64,000 nt of DNA from Acidobacteriota bacterium (GTDB taxonomy: Bacteria; Acidobacteriota; UBA6911; RPQK01; JAJDTT01): contig CBDCJH010000002.1 of NCBI GenBank assembly GCA_965217775.1, positions 5,152,001 through 5,216,000 on the forward strand. Reading direction: 5' to 3'. How positions within the stretch are numbered: position 1 is the first letter of the stretch; each line of letters begins with the position of its first letter. Below, in pieces: positions 48,639 through 61,203 of this stretch. The notes under the pieces were generated by a model, which was not told the origin of the DNA, did not search any database, and was given only the letters and a program-made list of their open reading frames with translations. The position numbers were made by a program, and so were the translations under genes.

Positions 48639-49319
48639 TTACGGCAGCTCGCGGCGAAGTTTCTCATAGTATGCTTGATTCAGAGGCTCCTTGAGTTGAA
48701 AGCGAAAGACCCGCATCTTGTCGAAGTTGCGGCGGTTCTCTTCGTAGGTCCGGATCTCCAGCTCGTACCGTTGCGACGACCAGACGTTGGCCACGTCCCG
48801 ATCCTTTCTCCATTTCCTCGAATCCGACGAGTCCTCGCTGTCGTAGACGATGGTCTCCGGGCCGAAATAGAGTGTGCCTTCGCAGCCTCCGAGAGTGTGC
48901 TTGTGTTTGGCCGGGACCTGGTACTCGGCGTCGATGGGGTCGGTGACGCGATCGGTCACCGGTTTCTTCAGCTTGCCGGAGATGAGCGACAGCGTCCGGT
49001 CGGAAAATGTCTGATCAGGAGACAGCAGCTCGAAGTCGAAGACCTTGTCCTGGCCCAGACGGAGCTTCTGGTCTTCGTAGGTGAGCACGCTCAGGCGAGA
49101 GGGGGACTTGCGGTCGACGCTCTGAATGTCTTGCCAGACCCACTTCCGGTTGTGGCCCATCTTTTTCGGCGACCGGTATTCGATCCCCTCCTGGTCGATG
49201 ATCAATTCGCCTTCGCACTTGCCCCAGGGATCGTGGTCGTGCCTGACCCGAATCGAATCTCCCCAGGCGCCGGTGGCGAAACAGAGCAGTGTCAGGAGAG
49301 CGAACGGACTTTGCTTCAT
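48639..49319 (-). CDS. Secreted hypothetical protein with two internal repeats
   Basis: Signal peptide; RHDHDPWGKCEGEL and KHKHTLGGCEGTL repeats; ATG overlaps the cusA stop. Confidence 0.7.
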   Translation of the reverse strand: MKQSPFALLTLLCFATGAWGDSIRVRHDHDPWGKCEGELIIDQEGIEYRSPKKMGHNRKWVWQDIQSVDRKSPSRLSVLTYEDQKLRLGQDKVFDFELLSPDQTFSDRTLSLISGKLKKPVTDRVTDPIDAEYQVPAKHKHTLGGCEGTLYFGPETIVYDSEDSSDSRKWRKDRDVANVWSSQRYELEIRTYEENRRNFDKMRVFRFQLKEPLNQAYYEKLRRELP

Positions 49320-52300
49320 TTCAGCTTCCAACCCTTCCAGATGTAGTAGATGACGGGGTAGACACAGAGTTCCAGGAGGACGGAAGTCGTCACTCCTCCG
49401 ACCATGGGTGCGGCGATTCTCTTCATGACGTCCGCGCCGGCTCCATGGCTCCACATGATGGGAATGAGACCCGCGAGGATGATGCAGGCTGTCATCACCT
49501 TGGGGCGCACACGGTGGACCGCGCCTTCGCGGATGCTTTCGGTCAGATCCGAAGGGGAGCGCATGCGTCCCGCACGGACTGCCTTCCCGTAGGCCACGTT
49601 CAGGTAGAGTAACATCACCACGCCGGTTTCCGCATCCAGTCCCATCAGGGCGATGATCCCGACCCAGACCGCAACGCTCATGTTGTAGTCGAGCAGATAG
49701 AGCAGCCAGAACGCTCCCACCAGGGAGAAGGGGACCGCCAGAAACACGATGGCCGTCTCGAAAACGGACCGCGTGTTCAGGTAGATGATCACGAAGACGA
49801 TCAACAGGGTCATGGGGATCACGGCCATGAGATGCTGGCGGGTCCGCACCATGTGCTCGTACTGGCCGCTCCAGACGACGTTGTATCCGTCGGGAACGTC
49901 GACCTGGCCCGCGACCGCCTGCCGCGCCATCTTCACGTAGCTCCCCACGTCGATGTCTGCAAGGTCGACGTAGATCCAGGCGTTGGGGCGGGAATTCTCG
50001 GTCTTGATGGAAGACGGCCCCTTCCGAATTCGGATGGAGGCCAACTGTCCCATGGGGATCTGCGATCCGCGGGGTGTGGGAACCAGGATTTCCCGCAGGG
50101 CGGGAAGGTTGTCCCGCAATTCCCGGCTGTAGCGCAGATTCACCGGATAGCGTTCCAGACCCTCGACGGTGGTGGTGATGTTCATTCCGCCGATGGCCGA
50201 CTGGATCACGTCCTGGACGTCGCCCACGGTGAGCCCGTAGCGGGCAATGGCGTCCCGCCGGATGTCGAAGTCCAGGTAGTTGCCCTCCATGACGCGCTCC
50301 GAGTAGACGGAGAGGGTGCCGGGCAGGCGGCGGACCACCGCCTCGATCTCCTGCCCCAGGTTCTGGAGCACGGAAAGGTCCGGTCCCGACAACTTGATCC
50401 CGACCGGGGTCTTGATTCCGGTGGAGAGCATGGCGATCCGGGTCTTGATGGGCATGGTCCAGGTGTTGGTGAGCCCGGGGAACTGAATCGCCTGGTTCAA
50501 CTCATCTATGAGGGTGTCCGGGGTCATGCCGGGGCGCCACTCGGACTCGGGTTTGAGCATGATGGTGGTCTCGATCATGCTCAGGGGGGCGGGGTCGGTG
50601 GCCGTGTCGGCTCGCCCGATCTTTCCGAAGACGCGGTCGACCTCGGGAAAGCTGGCGATGATCCTGTCAGTCCGCTGCAGGATCTCCCGGGCCTTGGTGG
50701 TGGAAATTCCGGGCAGGGTGGTGGGCATGTAGAGCAGGTCGCCTTCGTAGAGGGGCGGCATGAACTCGGATCCCAGGCGGGAGTAGGGAAACCAGGTCAA
50801 CCCCAGGGTCCCGGCGGTGAGGAGCAGGACCGTCCACTTCCACCTCAGCAGGAGACGGAGCACCGGGTCGTAGAGCCGGATCAGGATACGGCTGAGGGGA
50901 TTCCTCCTCTCGGAACGGATCCGGCCCCGAATCCAGTAACCCATGAGGACCGGTACCAGAGTGATCGCCAGAATCGAAGCCGCCGCCATGGACCAGGTCT
51001 TGGTGAAGGCCAACGGCTTGAAGAGCCTCCCTTCCTGGGCCTCCAGCGTGAAGACGGGAATGAAGGAGACGGTGATGACCAGCATGGCGAAGAAGAGGGT
51101 GGGGCCGACCTCCTTGGAGGCCTCGGCGATGATCTGCCAGTGGTCCTTGCGTCCACGATCCGCCTCCAGGTGCTTGTGGGCGTTCTCGATCATGATGACG
51201 GCGCCGTCGACCATGGCCCCGATGGCGATGGCGATGCCCCCCAGAGACATGATGTTGGCGTCGATCCCCTGCTGCTCCATGACGATGAAGGAGATCAGGA
51301 CCGCCACCGGCAAGGTGATGATGGCCACCAGCGAGGAGCGCAAATGGAGTAGAAACAGGATGCACACCAGGGCGACCGCCAGCCCCTCTTCCAGGAGTTT
51401 CTCCCCCAGTGTCTTCACCGCCCGTTCGATCAGAGCCGACCGGTCGTAGACGGTCAGGATCTCGACGTCCCCGGGCAGACCCTGGCGCAGCTCCTCCAAC
51501 TTCTCCTTGACTCCTTGAATGACCTGGTGGGTATTGGCCCCGGACCGCACCACGACGATTCCGCCGACCACCTCTCCCTCGCCGTTGAATTCGGCGATCC
51601 CCCGCCGCATTTCGGGTCCCATCCGGACCGTGGCCACGTCTCTCAGGAGAATCGGCGTTCCGGCCGGCGACACCGCCAACGCAATCTCCCGGAGGTCCGC
51701 CAGGTTCCGGATATATCCTCGGCCACGGATCATGAACTCGGTTTCCGACATCTCCAGGACCCGTCCCCCCACTTCGCTGTTGCTCCGCTGAACGGCCTGG
51801 CGAATCCGGGAGATGGGAATGTCGTAGGCTCGGAGCCTGTTGGGGTCCACGGTGATCTGGTACTGCTTGACGAAGCCGCCGACGCTCGCGACTTCCGACA
51901 CGCCGTCGACCGAGGTGAGCTCGTACTTGAGGAACCAGTCCTGGAGGCTGCGAAGCTCGGCCAGGTTTCTCCGTTCCGACTTGAGGACGTACATGAAGGC
52001 CCACCCGACGCCGCTGGCGTCCGGTCCCAGGGTGGGACTCACTCCTTCGGGCAGACGGGTGCTGACGTAGTTCAGGGACTCCAGCACCCGGCTCCGGGCC
52101 CAGTACATGTCGGTCCCGTCTTCGAAGATGACGTAGACGAAGGAATAACCGAAGAAAGAGTACCCCCGCACGGCTTTCGAATAGGGTACGGAGAGCATCT
52201 GGGTGGTGATGGGGTAGGTCAACTGGTCTTCCACCACCTGTGGAGCCTGGCCCGGGTATTCGGCGTAAATGATGACCTGGACGTCCGAGAGGTCCGGAAT

Positions 52301-52414
52301 GGCGTCCAGGGGGGTCTGCCGGAAGGAATAGAGTCCGGCGATGATGACGAAAGCGGTGGCCACGATGACCAGGAGGCGGTTTTCCAGGGACCAGTCAATG
52401 ATTTTTCCAAGCAT
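49316..52414 (-). CDS. cusA: CusA/CzcA heavy-metal RND permease
   Basis: DAIPDLSDVQV, YWARSRV, MSLGGIAIAIGAMVD, EGDLLYMP, RVRPKVMT, RIAAPMVGG. Confidence 0.96.
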   Translation of the reverse strand: MLGKIIDWSLENRLLVIVATAFVIIAGLYSFRQTPLDAIPDLSDVQVIIYAEYPGQAPQVVEDQLTYPITTQMLSVPYSKAVRGYSFFGYSFVYVIFEDGTDMYWARSRVLESLNYVSTRLPEGVSPTLGPDASGVGWAFMYVLKSERRNLAELRSLQDWFLKYELTSVDGVSEVASVGGFVKQYQITVDPNRLRAYDIPISRIRQAVQRSNSEVGGRVLEMSETEFMIRGRGYIRNLADLREIALAVSPAGTPILLRDVATVRMGPEMRRGIAEFNGEGEVVGGIVVVRSGANTHQVIQGVKEKLEELRQGLPGDVEILTVYDRSALIERAVKTLGEKLLEEGLAVALVCILFLLHLRSSLVAIITLPVAVLISFIVMEQQGIDANIMSLGGIAIAIGAMVDGAVIMIENAHKHLEADRGRKDHWQIIAEASKEVGPTLFFAMLVITVSFIPVFTLEAQEGRLFKPLAFTKTWSMAAASILAITLVPVLMGYWIRGRIRSERRNPLSRILIRLYDPVLRLLLRWKWTVLLLTAGTLGLTWFPYSRLGSEFMPPLYEGDLLYMPTTLPGISTTKAREILQRTDRIIASFPEVDRVFGKIGRADTATDPAPLSMIETTIMLKPESEWRPGMTPDTLIDELNQAIQFPGLTNTWTMPIKTRIAMLSTGIKTPVGIKLSGPDLSVLQNLGQEIEAVVRRLPGTLSVYSERVMEGNYLDFDIRRDAIARYGLTVGDVQDVIQSAIGGMNITTTVEGLERYPVNLRYSRELRDNLPALREILVPTPRGSQIPMGQLASIRIRKGPSSIKTENSRPNAWIYVDLADIDVGSYVKMARQAVAGQVDVPDGYNVVWSGQYEHMVRTRQHLMAVIPMTLLIVFVIIYLNTRSVFETAIVFLAVPFSLVGAFWLLYLLDYNMSVAVWVGIIALMGLDAETGVVMLLYLNVAYGKAVRAGRMRSPSDLTESIREGAVHRVRPKVMTACIILAGLIPIMWSHGAGADVMKRIAAPMVGGVTTSVLLELCVYPVIYYIWKGWKLK

Positions 52415-52440
52415 TTCTCAGATCACCGTGGGTTGGACCT

Positions 52441-53943
52441 TCAGTGCTGATGATGCATGGAGGATCCCGTGTCCCCCGTGGCGCCCGTGGAGTTCGGAGA
52501 GACGATTTTCCGAATGGCCTCCTTCAGGCGGCTCTCGGAATCGATGAGGAATTGGGAAGAGATCACGACGCGATCGCCCTCGGCCAGACCCTTCCTCACT
52601 TCCCAGAAACCATTGCCATTTCTGCCCAATACCACCTCCCGGACCTGGAAGGCCCCATTTCCCCGATCCAGGACCACCAGGTTCCGGCGGCCGCTGTGGA
52701 TCACCGAGTCCTCGGGAACCGCCAGTGCGCCGCGGACCGATGACACGCCGAAGGTGACGTTGGCGTACATGTCGGCGCGGAGGCTCGGATCGGGATCCAT
52801 CAATTCCAGCGACACCTTCAAGGTCCGGGTCCGGCCGCTGAAGGCGGGGGACAGGAACCGAACGGCGCCGCGAAATTTTCGTCCCGGTTGGGCCGGAATC
52901 TCGATGGAGGCGGCCTGTCCGATCTGCAGCCAGGGAATCTGATGCTCGAAGACCTCCGCCTCCACCCAGAGGCCGGAAGGATCGGCGATCTTGTAGAGGT
53001 TCATTCCGGGACGGACTAGCATCCCCTCCAATGCCTTGTCCATTTTCTCCACCACCACTCCGCTGACCGGTGAGACCAGGGTGACGGTGTGCCGGGGCTC
53101 ACGGGACTCTTCCAGACGGCGGATCTGGTCCGAGTCGATGTGCCAGTGATCCAGTCGGCGCCGGCTGGACTCCACCAGGGATCGGGCCCGCTCGGCGACC
53201 TCGGGGTACTGGTTTCCGCTGAGCCGCGCGGCGTATTCCATGGCCTGCAAGTACTCCTGTTGGGTGGTCACCAGTTCCGGGCTGTAGATCTCCAAGAGCT
53301 TCTGGCCTCTCTCGACCGGCTCACCCACGTAGTTGACGTGCGCCTTCTCGATCCAACCTTCGTATTTGGCGTTGATCCAGGCCATCTTCCCTTCGTCGTG
53401 GACCAGGTTTCCCACGGTTCGGATGGTGAAGGAGAGATCGACCCGCCGGACTGCGACCCACTGCACGCCGAAGTTCTGGACGAAGGACGGGTCGATTCGG
53501 ACGACGTCCCGGTGACCGATCCCGGATTCCGTTTGCGGAACTTCCGGCTGTTGGTTGTCCGCGGTGCGAGTCGCCGTTTCGCCGGAAACACCGGCGTCGC
53601 CCATGGAGCCGTGCGAGAGCTGGGAATGGGACATGGCGTGGTCGGTCCCGGCACCTTCCCGATCTGTCCCGGAGCCTTCCCGGCCGGCGGTCGATCCTTT
53701 CAACGGACTCAGGCGCATCCCGCAGAGGGGACAGCTTCCCGGCCCTTGGCGGATGACCTGGGGATGCATGCCGCAGGTCCAGAGCTGTCCCTCCTGGGAA
53801 TCTCGTTGGGGAGACAGAATGCCGAACCAGGAGGGGATTCCCTTCCGGACCCGATGGATCAGGCGCCAATCGAAAGGATCGACCAGGATCAGGGCGGCCG
53901 CCGCCAGAAAAATCAGCAAGACCGGTAGCACCCATCTTTTCAT
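52441..53943 (-). CDS. cusB: CusB-type periplasmic adaptor with heavy-metal-binding domain
   Basis: WTCGMHPQ...CPLCGM, IYSPEL, QFLIDSES, His-rich tail. Confidence 0.92.
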   Translation of the reverse strand: MKRWVLPVLLIFLAAAALILVDPFDWRLIHRVRKGIPSWFGILSPQRDSQEGQLWTCGMHPQVIRQGPGSCPLCGMRLSPLKGSTAGREGSGTDREGAGTDHAMSHSQLSHGSMGDAGVSGETATRTADNQQPEVPQTESGIGHRDVVRIDPSFVQNFGVQWVAVRRVDLSFTIRTVGNLVHDEGKMAWINAKYEGWIEKAHVNYVGEPVERGQKLLEIYSPELVTTQQEYLQAMEYAARLSGNQYPEVAERARSLVESSRRRLDHWHIDSDQIRRLEESREPRHTVTLVSPVSGVVVEKMDKALEGMLVRPGMNLYKIADPSGLWVEAEVFEHQIPWLQIGQAASIEIPAQPGRKFRGAVRFLSPAFSGRTRTLKVSLELMDPDPSLRADMYANVTFGVSSVRGALAVPEDSVIHSGRRNLVVLDRGNGAFQVREVVLGRNGNGFWEVRKGLAEGDRVVISSQFLIDSESRLKEAIRKIVSPNSTGATGDTGSSMHHQH

Positions 53944-55280
53944 CAGTCTTCTCCCGATCCGGGGTAACGTGTTCCGACGGCCCGCTCCATTTCCGCCAGG
54001 GCCTGCAAATAGTCGGCCCGGTGGCGAGCCTGGAGCACGCGCGTTTCCAACAGGGACCGTTCGCTGTCCAAGAGCTCCAGGGCTCCCAACTGCGCATTCC
54101 GGTATCCGGACTCGGCGGAGCGGAGCGCCTCCCGGGTCTGGGGAATCAGGACCCGTTCAAACAGGTCCATCTGTCTCCACAGGGTCTGGATGCGAACCGC
54201 CAGGTCCCGGATGGAGAGTTGAATCCGGTTTCGCAGATCTCGATACGTGCTGCGTTCGGCGATCAGATTTTCCGCAGCCTCCATCACCTCCGCGCGATAC
54301 TTGTGCCTTTGGAGGGGAATGTTGATGCTCACCGAGAGGTTGTAGGCATTCTTTCCGCCGCCGGGACGCGTCGCCGGCAACAGGTCCTGCGGCGGAAGCC
54401 CCCCGACGTTGACGGTCCCCGCACTCAGTGTGAAATCCGGCCAGAAACTCTTCTTGGCCAGCTCCACGCCCTGCTCCGAAGCTTCGATCCGAGCCATGGT
54501 CCCCTTGAGTTCCTGCCGGTGAAGCTTCCCCAGCTCGTACAATTCATTCAAGTTGATACTGACCTTCGCCGCAGCGGGAAGCAGGAGTCGAGGCACGGGC
54601 TTTTCGGGAGGCTGGTCCAGCAGGCTGTTCAGTCGTGCCGCCGCCGATTGGCGTTGTTGTCCCAGCAGTTCCAGCCGGCTCATGGTCCGGCTGATCTCGG
54701 CCTGGATCCGGATCACCTCCTGCTGGTGTCCCTTGCCCGAAGCGTAACGAGCCTGAGCCAGATTCTCGTAGTGAGCCAGCAGAGATTTCTCCTCCCGTAC
54801 GATTTCCAGGGCCCGGTCCAGAAAGGCCACGTCGTAGAAGTTTCGCTTCACGTCGGCAGCGACTTCCCTTTCCCGGGCGCGGTAGAGACGGTATCGGGCC
54901 GCTGCCCGTTTGAAGGCGATCTTGCCCTTCAGGTCCAGCTTTCCGAACCAGGAGAACCGCTGGCTGAGTGTGAGCGTGCTCAGTTGAGGACCTTCCCGGG
55001 TTTCTACGCTGCGAAGGTAGCGGCCGAAGCTCACCATGGGATCGGGAAGAGCGGTCTGCTGGGGCACCTTCTGGAGAGCCGCACGGTAACGGGCCAGCTC
55101 GGTCAGGATGGAGGGGTTGGAGTCGAGGGCGGTGCGAATGTACTCACCCAGCAGCGGGTCCGGGATGTGGAAGGCTTGTGCCGGATCCGGCTGAGCTCCA
55201 ATGGCTCCCTGGTGCCCTGCAAGGAGGAGGCAGAGTCCCAGAAAAACGGTCGTCACGATTGGGGGTGTCGATCTCTTCAT
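53943..55280 (-). CDS. TolC-family outer membrane efflux protein (CusC role)
   Basis: ALPDPMV, SWFGKL and OEP repeats; first gene of the cus operon. Confidence 0.9.
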   Translation of the reverse strand: MKRSTPPIVTTVFLGLCLLLAGHQGAIGAQPDPAQAFHIPDPLLGEYIRTALDSNPSILTELARYRAALQKVPQQTALPDPMVSFGRYLRSVETREGPQLSTLTLSQRFSWFGKLDLKGKIAFKRAAARYRLYRAREREVAADVKRNFYDVAFLDRALEIVREEKSLLAHYENLAQARYASGKGHQQEVIRIQAEISRTMSRLELLGQQRQSAAARLNSLLDQPPEKPVPRLLLPAAAKVSINLNELYELGKLHRQELKGTMARIEASEQGVELAKKSFWPDFTLSAGTVNVGGLPPQDLLPATRPGGGKNAYNLSVSINIPLQRHKYRAEVMEAAENLIAERSTYRDLRNRIQLSIRDLAVRIQTLWRQMDLFERVLIPQTREALRSAESGYRNAQLGALELLDSERSLLETRVLQARHRADYLQALAEMERAVGTRYPGSGED

Positions 55281-55310
55281 CGTCTCTTGTCCGGCACGCT
55301 TGTTTCCGCA

Positions 55311-55327
55311 AGCAATTTCCGATCCAA
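55311..55327 (-). promoter_or_regulatory. Sigma54 -24/-12 promoter for cusCBA
   Basis: Minus strand reads TTGG-ATCGGAAATT-GCT (GG-N10-GC), about 30 nt before the TolC ATG. Confidence 0.55.
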
Positions 55328-55447
55328 CTGGAGCTCCTGCTCCGGATGCGGGTGCTAAGTCCTTCCAAATCGGGTATTTGATGCTTACTCGCCGGAGACA
55401 ATCCGGTGGCCGAGGCGCCTGTTCTTTGGTTCATATAAATCATAGTA

Positions 55448-55481
55448 TGTGTTAAATGGAACAGATGTCTCATATGACACA
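55448..55481. promoter_or_regulatory. Tandem TGT-N10-ACA upstream activator sites
   Basis: TGT-GTTAAATGGA-ACA (55448-55463) and TGT-CTCATATGAC-ACA (55466-55481). Confidence 0.55.
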
Positions 55482-55505
55482 AATGTTGGGTACAATGGGT
55501 CAAAG

Positions 55506-56890
55506 ATGAAGTCCGAACGGATCCTGTTGGTCGACGACGATCGGAATTTCCTGCGGGTCCTGGGCTACCAGGTCGAGCAGTTCGGGTACGACACCTGCTG
55601 CGTCTCTTCCGGAATCCGAGCCTTGGAGCGAGTCCGGGAGTCCGATGTGGACCTGGTGGTCACCGACCTTCGCATGCCGGGTATGGACGGTCTCCAGTTG
55701 CTGGAACGGATCCGCCGTTTGGACCCGGACCTGCCCGTGATCGTCCTGACCGCGCACGGTTCCATCGAGGGGGCCGTCGACGCCGTCAAGGGCGGGGCCT
55801 CCGATTTTCTGACCAAGCCCTTCGAGCGGGAGGAGATCCACCAGTCCATCCGGAAAGCCCTGCAGATGACGCAGTTGATTCGTGAGAATCGGAGACTCTC
55901 CCGGGAGGTGCAGCGCAGGTTCGAGTTCGAGGGGATCGTGGGTTCGTCCAAGGAGTTCCGGGAGGTCCTGGACATGGCGCGCCAATTGGCGGCGGTGGGG
56001 ACGACGGTCCTGATTCAAGGAGAGACGGGGACCGGGAAGGAGCTCCTGGCGCGGGCCATCCATTTCAACGGTCCGCGCCGGGATCGTCCCTTCGTGGTGG
56101 TCAACTGCGGCGCCATTCCGCGGGACCTGATGGAGTCCGAACTCTTCGGTCACCGGAAGGGTGCATTCACCGGAGCCGTCGCCGACAGGCGTGGAAAGTT
56201 CGCCGCGGCGGACACCGGGACTCTGTTCCTGGACGAGGTGGCGGAGCTTCCGCTGGATATGCAGGTGAAACTGCTCCGGGTATTGCAGCACAAGGAGATG
56301 GATGTGGTCGGAGACCCCGAACCCTCTCCCGTGGACGTCCGGATCCTGGCGGCCACGAATCAGGATCTGGTCCGGACCATGGCCAAGGGCCGATTCCGGC
56401 AAGACCTTTTCTATCGGCTCTCGGTCGCGCCCTTGAGGATCCCCCCCTTGCGGGAGCGCCGGGAAGACGTCCCGCTTCTGATCCACCATTTCCAGAGTGA
56501 GTCGTCCCGGAAACTGGGAAAGGAGGTGCGGTTCGGGGAAGACGCGGTTTCGCTTCTGCAGTCGTACCGTTGGCCCGGCAATGTCCGGGAGTTGGAAAAC
56601 GTCGTCGAGAGGCTGGTGCTCTTCAACCGGACCGGAAGCGTCGAGCGCGAGGACCTGCCCATCGAGATCCGCCGCCCTCCCGGGGATTCGGACAGCCGGA
56701 TGTTCCGGCTCCCGGAGAAAGGCTTTTCTCTGCAAGAGTTGGAGCGTGACATCCTGCTGGCGGCGCTGGAGCGGAACCGCTGGAATCAGGTTCGTACGGC
56801 GCGGTACCTGGGGATCACCAGGAACACTCTGATCTACCGGATGCGGAAGTTCGGACTCAGGCGAATCAGGGGTGAGGGACAATCTCCGTC

Positions 56891-56894
<4 letters not shown>
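55506..56894 (+). CDS. Sigma54-dependent response regulator (NtrC/ZraR family)
   Basis: Receiver LVDDD/DLRMP, GETGTGKE, ESELFGH, GAFTGA, FLDEV, WPGNVRELEN, Fis-type HTH. Confidence 0.95.
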
Positions 56895-57975
<1,081 letters not shown>

Positions 57976-57979
<4 letters not shown>

Positions 57980-60297
57980 GCCCCTCGTCCGAGCAGCGTG
58001 AAATCGATCCGGTTTGCGGGATGACGGTGACTCCCGGGCCCGACACCGACACCGTCGCCCACCGGGGAACCACGTACTACTTTTGCTGCTCACACTGCGC
58101 CGATTTGTTCCGGTCCGATCCGGAACTCGCCCTTGCGCACCAGGGAGGAGACCCTCCCGGGAAGCCGGTTCAGGACCACGGGGACGCCTTCACTTACGTC
58201 TGCCCCATGTGTCCCGGCGTCGAGTCGCCGACACCAGGGTCGTGCCCCTCATGCGGCATGGCTTTGCAGCCGTACGACGCGGCGGCAGGAGAGGACGACG
58301 GAGAATTGCGGGAAATGACCCGGCGTTTCCGCTGGAGTCTCGGTTTCACCGTTCCCCTTTTTCTGCTGTCCATGTTGGATATGGCGCCGGGACATCCGAT
58401 CTCCGGGTTCTTGACTCCGGCACTCCGCCAGTGGATCGAGCTGCTGCTGGCCACGCCAGTGGTGATCTGGGGAGGGCTCCCCTTCTGGCAGAGAGCCTGG
58501 GCCTCCATTCTGAATCGCAGCCTGAACATGTTCACGCTGATCGCCCTGGGCACGGGCGCAGCCTACGTCTACAGCTTGGCGGCCGTCGGATTTCCAAGGT
58601 CTTTTCCCGATGTCTACCGGGACAGTCTCGGTCAGGTGGGCGTCTATTTCGAAGCCGCCGCCGTCATCACGACCCTGGTCCTTCTGGGGCAGGTCCTCGA
58701 GCTCAGGGCCAGGGCGCGCACCGGCAGCGCCATCCGGTCCCTGCTGGAACTGTCTCCGCCCACCGCACGGAAGATCGTCGGCGGAGGCGAAGAAGAGGTG
58801 CCCTTGGGGGACGTGCAGCCGGGCGATCGGCTGCGGGTGCGGCCGGGAGACAAGGTTCCGGTGGACGGCCGGGTGCTGGAGGGAGAGAGCAGCGTGGACG
58901 AGTCCATGATCAGCGGCGAGTCCATCCCGGTCATGAAACACTCGGGAGACCCCGTGACGGGCGGGACGGTGAACGGTTCCGGTACGCTCGTCATGGAGGC
59001 GCTTCGGGTCGGAACCGAGACCCTTTTGGCCCGCATCGTCCGCATGGTCACCGAAGCCCAACGCTCCCGGGCGCCCGTCCACCGCTTAGTGGACCGCGTG
59101 GCGGCATGGTTCGTACCCGGCGTCATTCTGGTGGCGGTGGCGGCGGCAGCGACCTGGGGACTGTTGGGACCGGAACCGAGGTGGGCCAACGCGCTCGTCA
59201 CGGCGGCGGCGGTATTGCTGATCGCGTGTCCCTGCGCCCTCGGTCTGGCCACTCCCATGTCCATCATGGTGGGAGTGGGGGAGGGGGCCCGGTCGGGGGT
59301 TCTGATTCGCGACGCCGAGTCGCTGGAAGTCCTGGAGCGCGTGGATACCCTGATGGTCGACAAGACGGGCACTCTCACCGAAGGGAGACCGCGGCTTCAG
59401 GCCGTGCTTCCGGCCGCCGGATGGAAGCGTGAGGAAATCCTGAGACTCGCCGCCGGCGTCGAGCAGGGGAGTGAGCATCCCCTGGCCGGGGCAGTGGTTG
59501 ATGGGGCGCGCCGGGAGGGTCTGGAGCCGCCTTCCGTGAAACGCTTCGATTCCGTGGCCGGACAGGGGGTCCGGGGAGATGTGGAGGGTCGGGAGGTGGC
59601 AGTGGGCAACCGGCGTTTCCTGGCGGCTCTGTCCATCCGGGTGGGGGATCTGGATCGGCAGGCGGAGGAACTGCGCCGGCGCGGGCTGACGGCCTTCTTC
59701 GTGGCCGTCGACGGGCGGAGCTGCGGCGTCTTGGGTCTGGGCGACCCGGTCAAGGCGTCCGCCCGGGAGACTCTGGCGCAGTTGAGGGTCCAAGACCTCA
59801 GGATCGTCATGCTCACCGGCGACGGCCGGACCACGGCCGACGCGGTGGCGAGTGAGCTGGGGATCGAACGGGTCCGGTCGGAGATGTTGCCCGGCGAGAA
59901 GGCGAGTTTGGTCCAGCGGGACCAGGAGCAAGGCAGGATCGTGGCCATGGCGGGGGACGGTGTCAACGACGCTCCGGCCCTGGCCGTGGCCCGAGTCGGC
60001 ATCGCCATGGGCACTGGATCCGACATCGCTCTCAAGAGTGCGGGCGTGACCCTCTTGCAAGGAGACCTGAGAGGCATACTGCGCGCTCTCCGATTGAGCC
60101 GGGCGACGCTGCGAAACATTCGCCAGAATCTATTTTTTGCCTTTCTGTACAACATGTTGGGTGTGCCGGTAGCGGCCGGTGTCCTGTATCCTATCTGGGG
60201 TATCACACTGAATCCCATGCTGGCCGCCGCCGCCATGGCTCTCAGTTCTCTCTCGGTGATCGCCAACGCCTTGAGATTGCGGCGGGTCCGGATCTGA
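57976..60297 (+). CDS. copA: Cu(I)-translocating P1B-type ATPase with YHS and metal-binding domains
   Basis: DPVCGM/YFCC YHS domain, [37 protein letters not shown]...MALSS. Confidence 0.95.
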
Positions 60298-60303
60298 TCG
60301 GCA

Positions 60304-60343
60304 GTAGGGGCGAAATCGGGCACCCACAAGGGGGTGCCTCTAC
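60304..60343. repeat. GTAG-type REP palindrome
   Basis: GTAGGGGCG...GGGCACCCACAAGGGGGTGCCTCTAC. Confidence 0.65.
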
Positions 60344-60413
60344 GGTTTGGCCGGATGACGGGAATGGGACCGCTTCGCGATCCTCCGATCGGGTTACCGT
60401 GGAGTCGAGTACA

Positions 60414-61175
60414 ATGGAACCCGTGAGAACGAGCCGTTGGTTGCTGGTGCCGCTGCTCCTCCTGCTGGGCGGTCAATCCCAGGCCCAGGTCGAGTCGGAC
60501 ACTCTGCTGGAGAGTCTGAAGCCCCAGGGTTACGTCAGCGACTACGCCGGGGTGGTGGACGCCAATCTGAGGCGGTCACTGGAGGTCCGGCTCAGGGAAC
60601 TGGAGCAGAAGACGTCCGCTCAGATTGCGGTGGTCACTCTCCGGTCGCTGCAGGGAGGAGAGATCCGGGACTTCGCCAATCGGCTCTTCGAGCACTGGGG
60701 AGTGGGACGGAAAGGCAAGGACAACGGTGTTCTGATCCTCACCTCGTTGGAGGATCGCAAGATCTGGATCGAAGTCGGTTACGGCCTGGAAGGACTCCTT
60801 CCGGACGCGTTGGTGGGACGCATTCTGGACCAGGCGGTGATGCCCGATTTCCGCCACGGACGCCATGGGGGCGGCTTGGCCAGGGGCGCCCTCACGATTG
60901 CCGGGGTGATCGCCCGGGACGCGGGAGTCACGCTCAGTGGGACTGCCGTGCCGTCGGGAGCTCGAAAAAGCCGCCGTCCGGGCGCAGGCAACCTGCTCTA
61001 TCTGCTTTTTCTCCTCTTTTTGTTCCTGCGGCGTCCCCTGCTGGGGATGTTTCTGCCACTCGGGATGGGAGCCGGGTTCCCGCGGGGCGGCTATGGCGGA
61101 GGTTTCTCGGGCGGGGGCTTCGGCGGCTTCGGCGGCGGGCTCTCCGGGGGCGGCGGCGCGGGCGGGAGTTGGTAG
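60414..61175 (+). CDS. TPM domain protein (YgcG-like)
   Basis: GYVSDYAGVV, WGVGRKGKDNGVL, IEVGYGLEG, Gly-rich tail ending GSW. Confidence 0.92.
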   Translation: MEPVRTSRWLLVPLLLLLGGQSQAQVESDTLLESLKPQGYVSDYAGVVDANLRRSLEVRLRELEQKTSAQIAVVTLRSLQGGEIRDFANRLFEHWGVGRKGKDNGVLILTSLEDRKIWIEVGYGLEGLLPDALVGRILDQAVMPDFRHGRHGGGLARGALTIAGVIARDAGVTLSGTAVPSGARKSRRPGAGNLLYLLFLLFLFLRRPLLGMFLPLGMGAGFPRGGYGGGFSGGGFGGFGGGLSGGGGAGGSW

Positions 61176-61203
61176 GTGATCGTCCCGGATCGGATTTGAA
61201 GAC

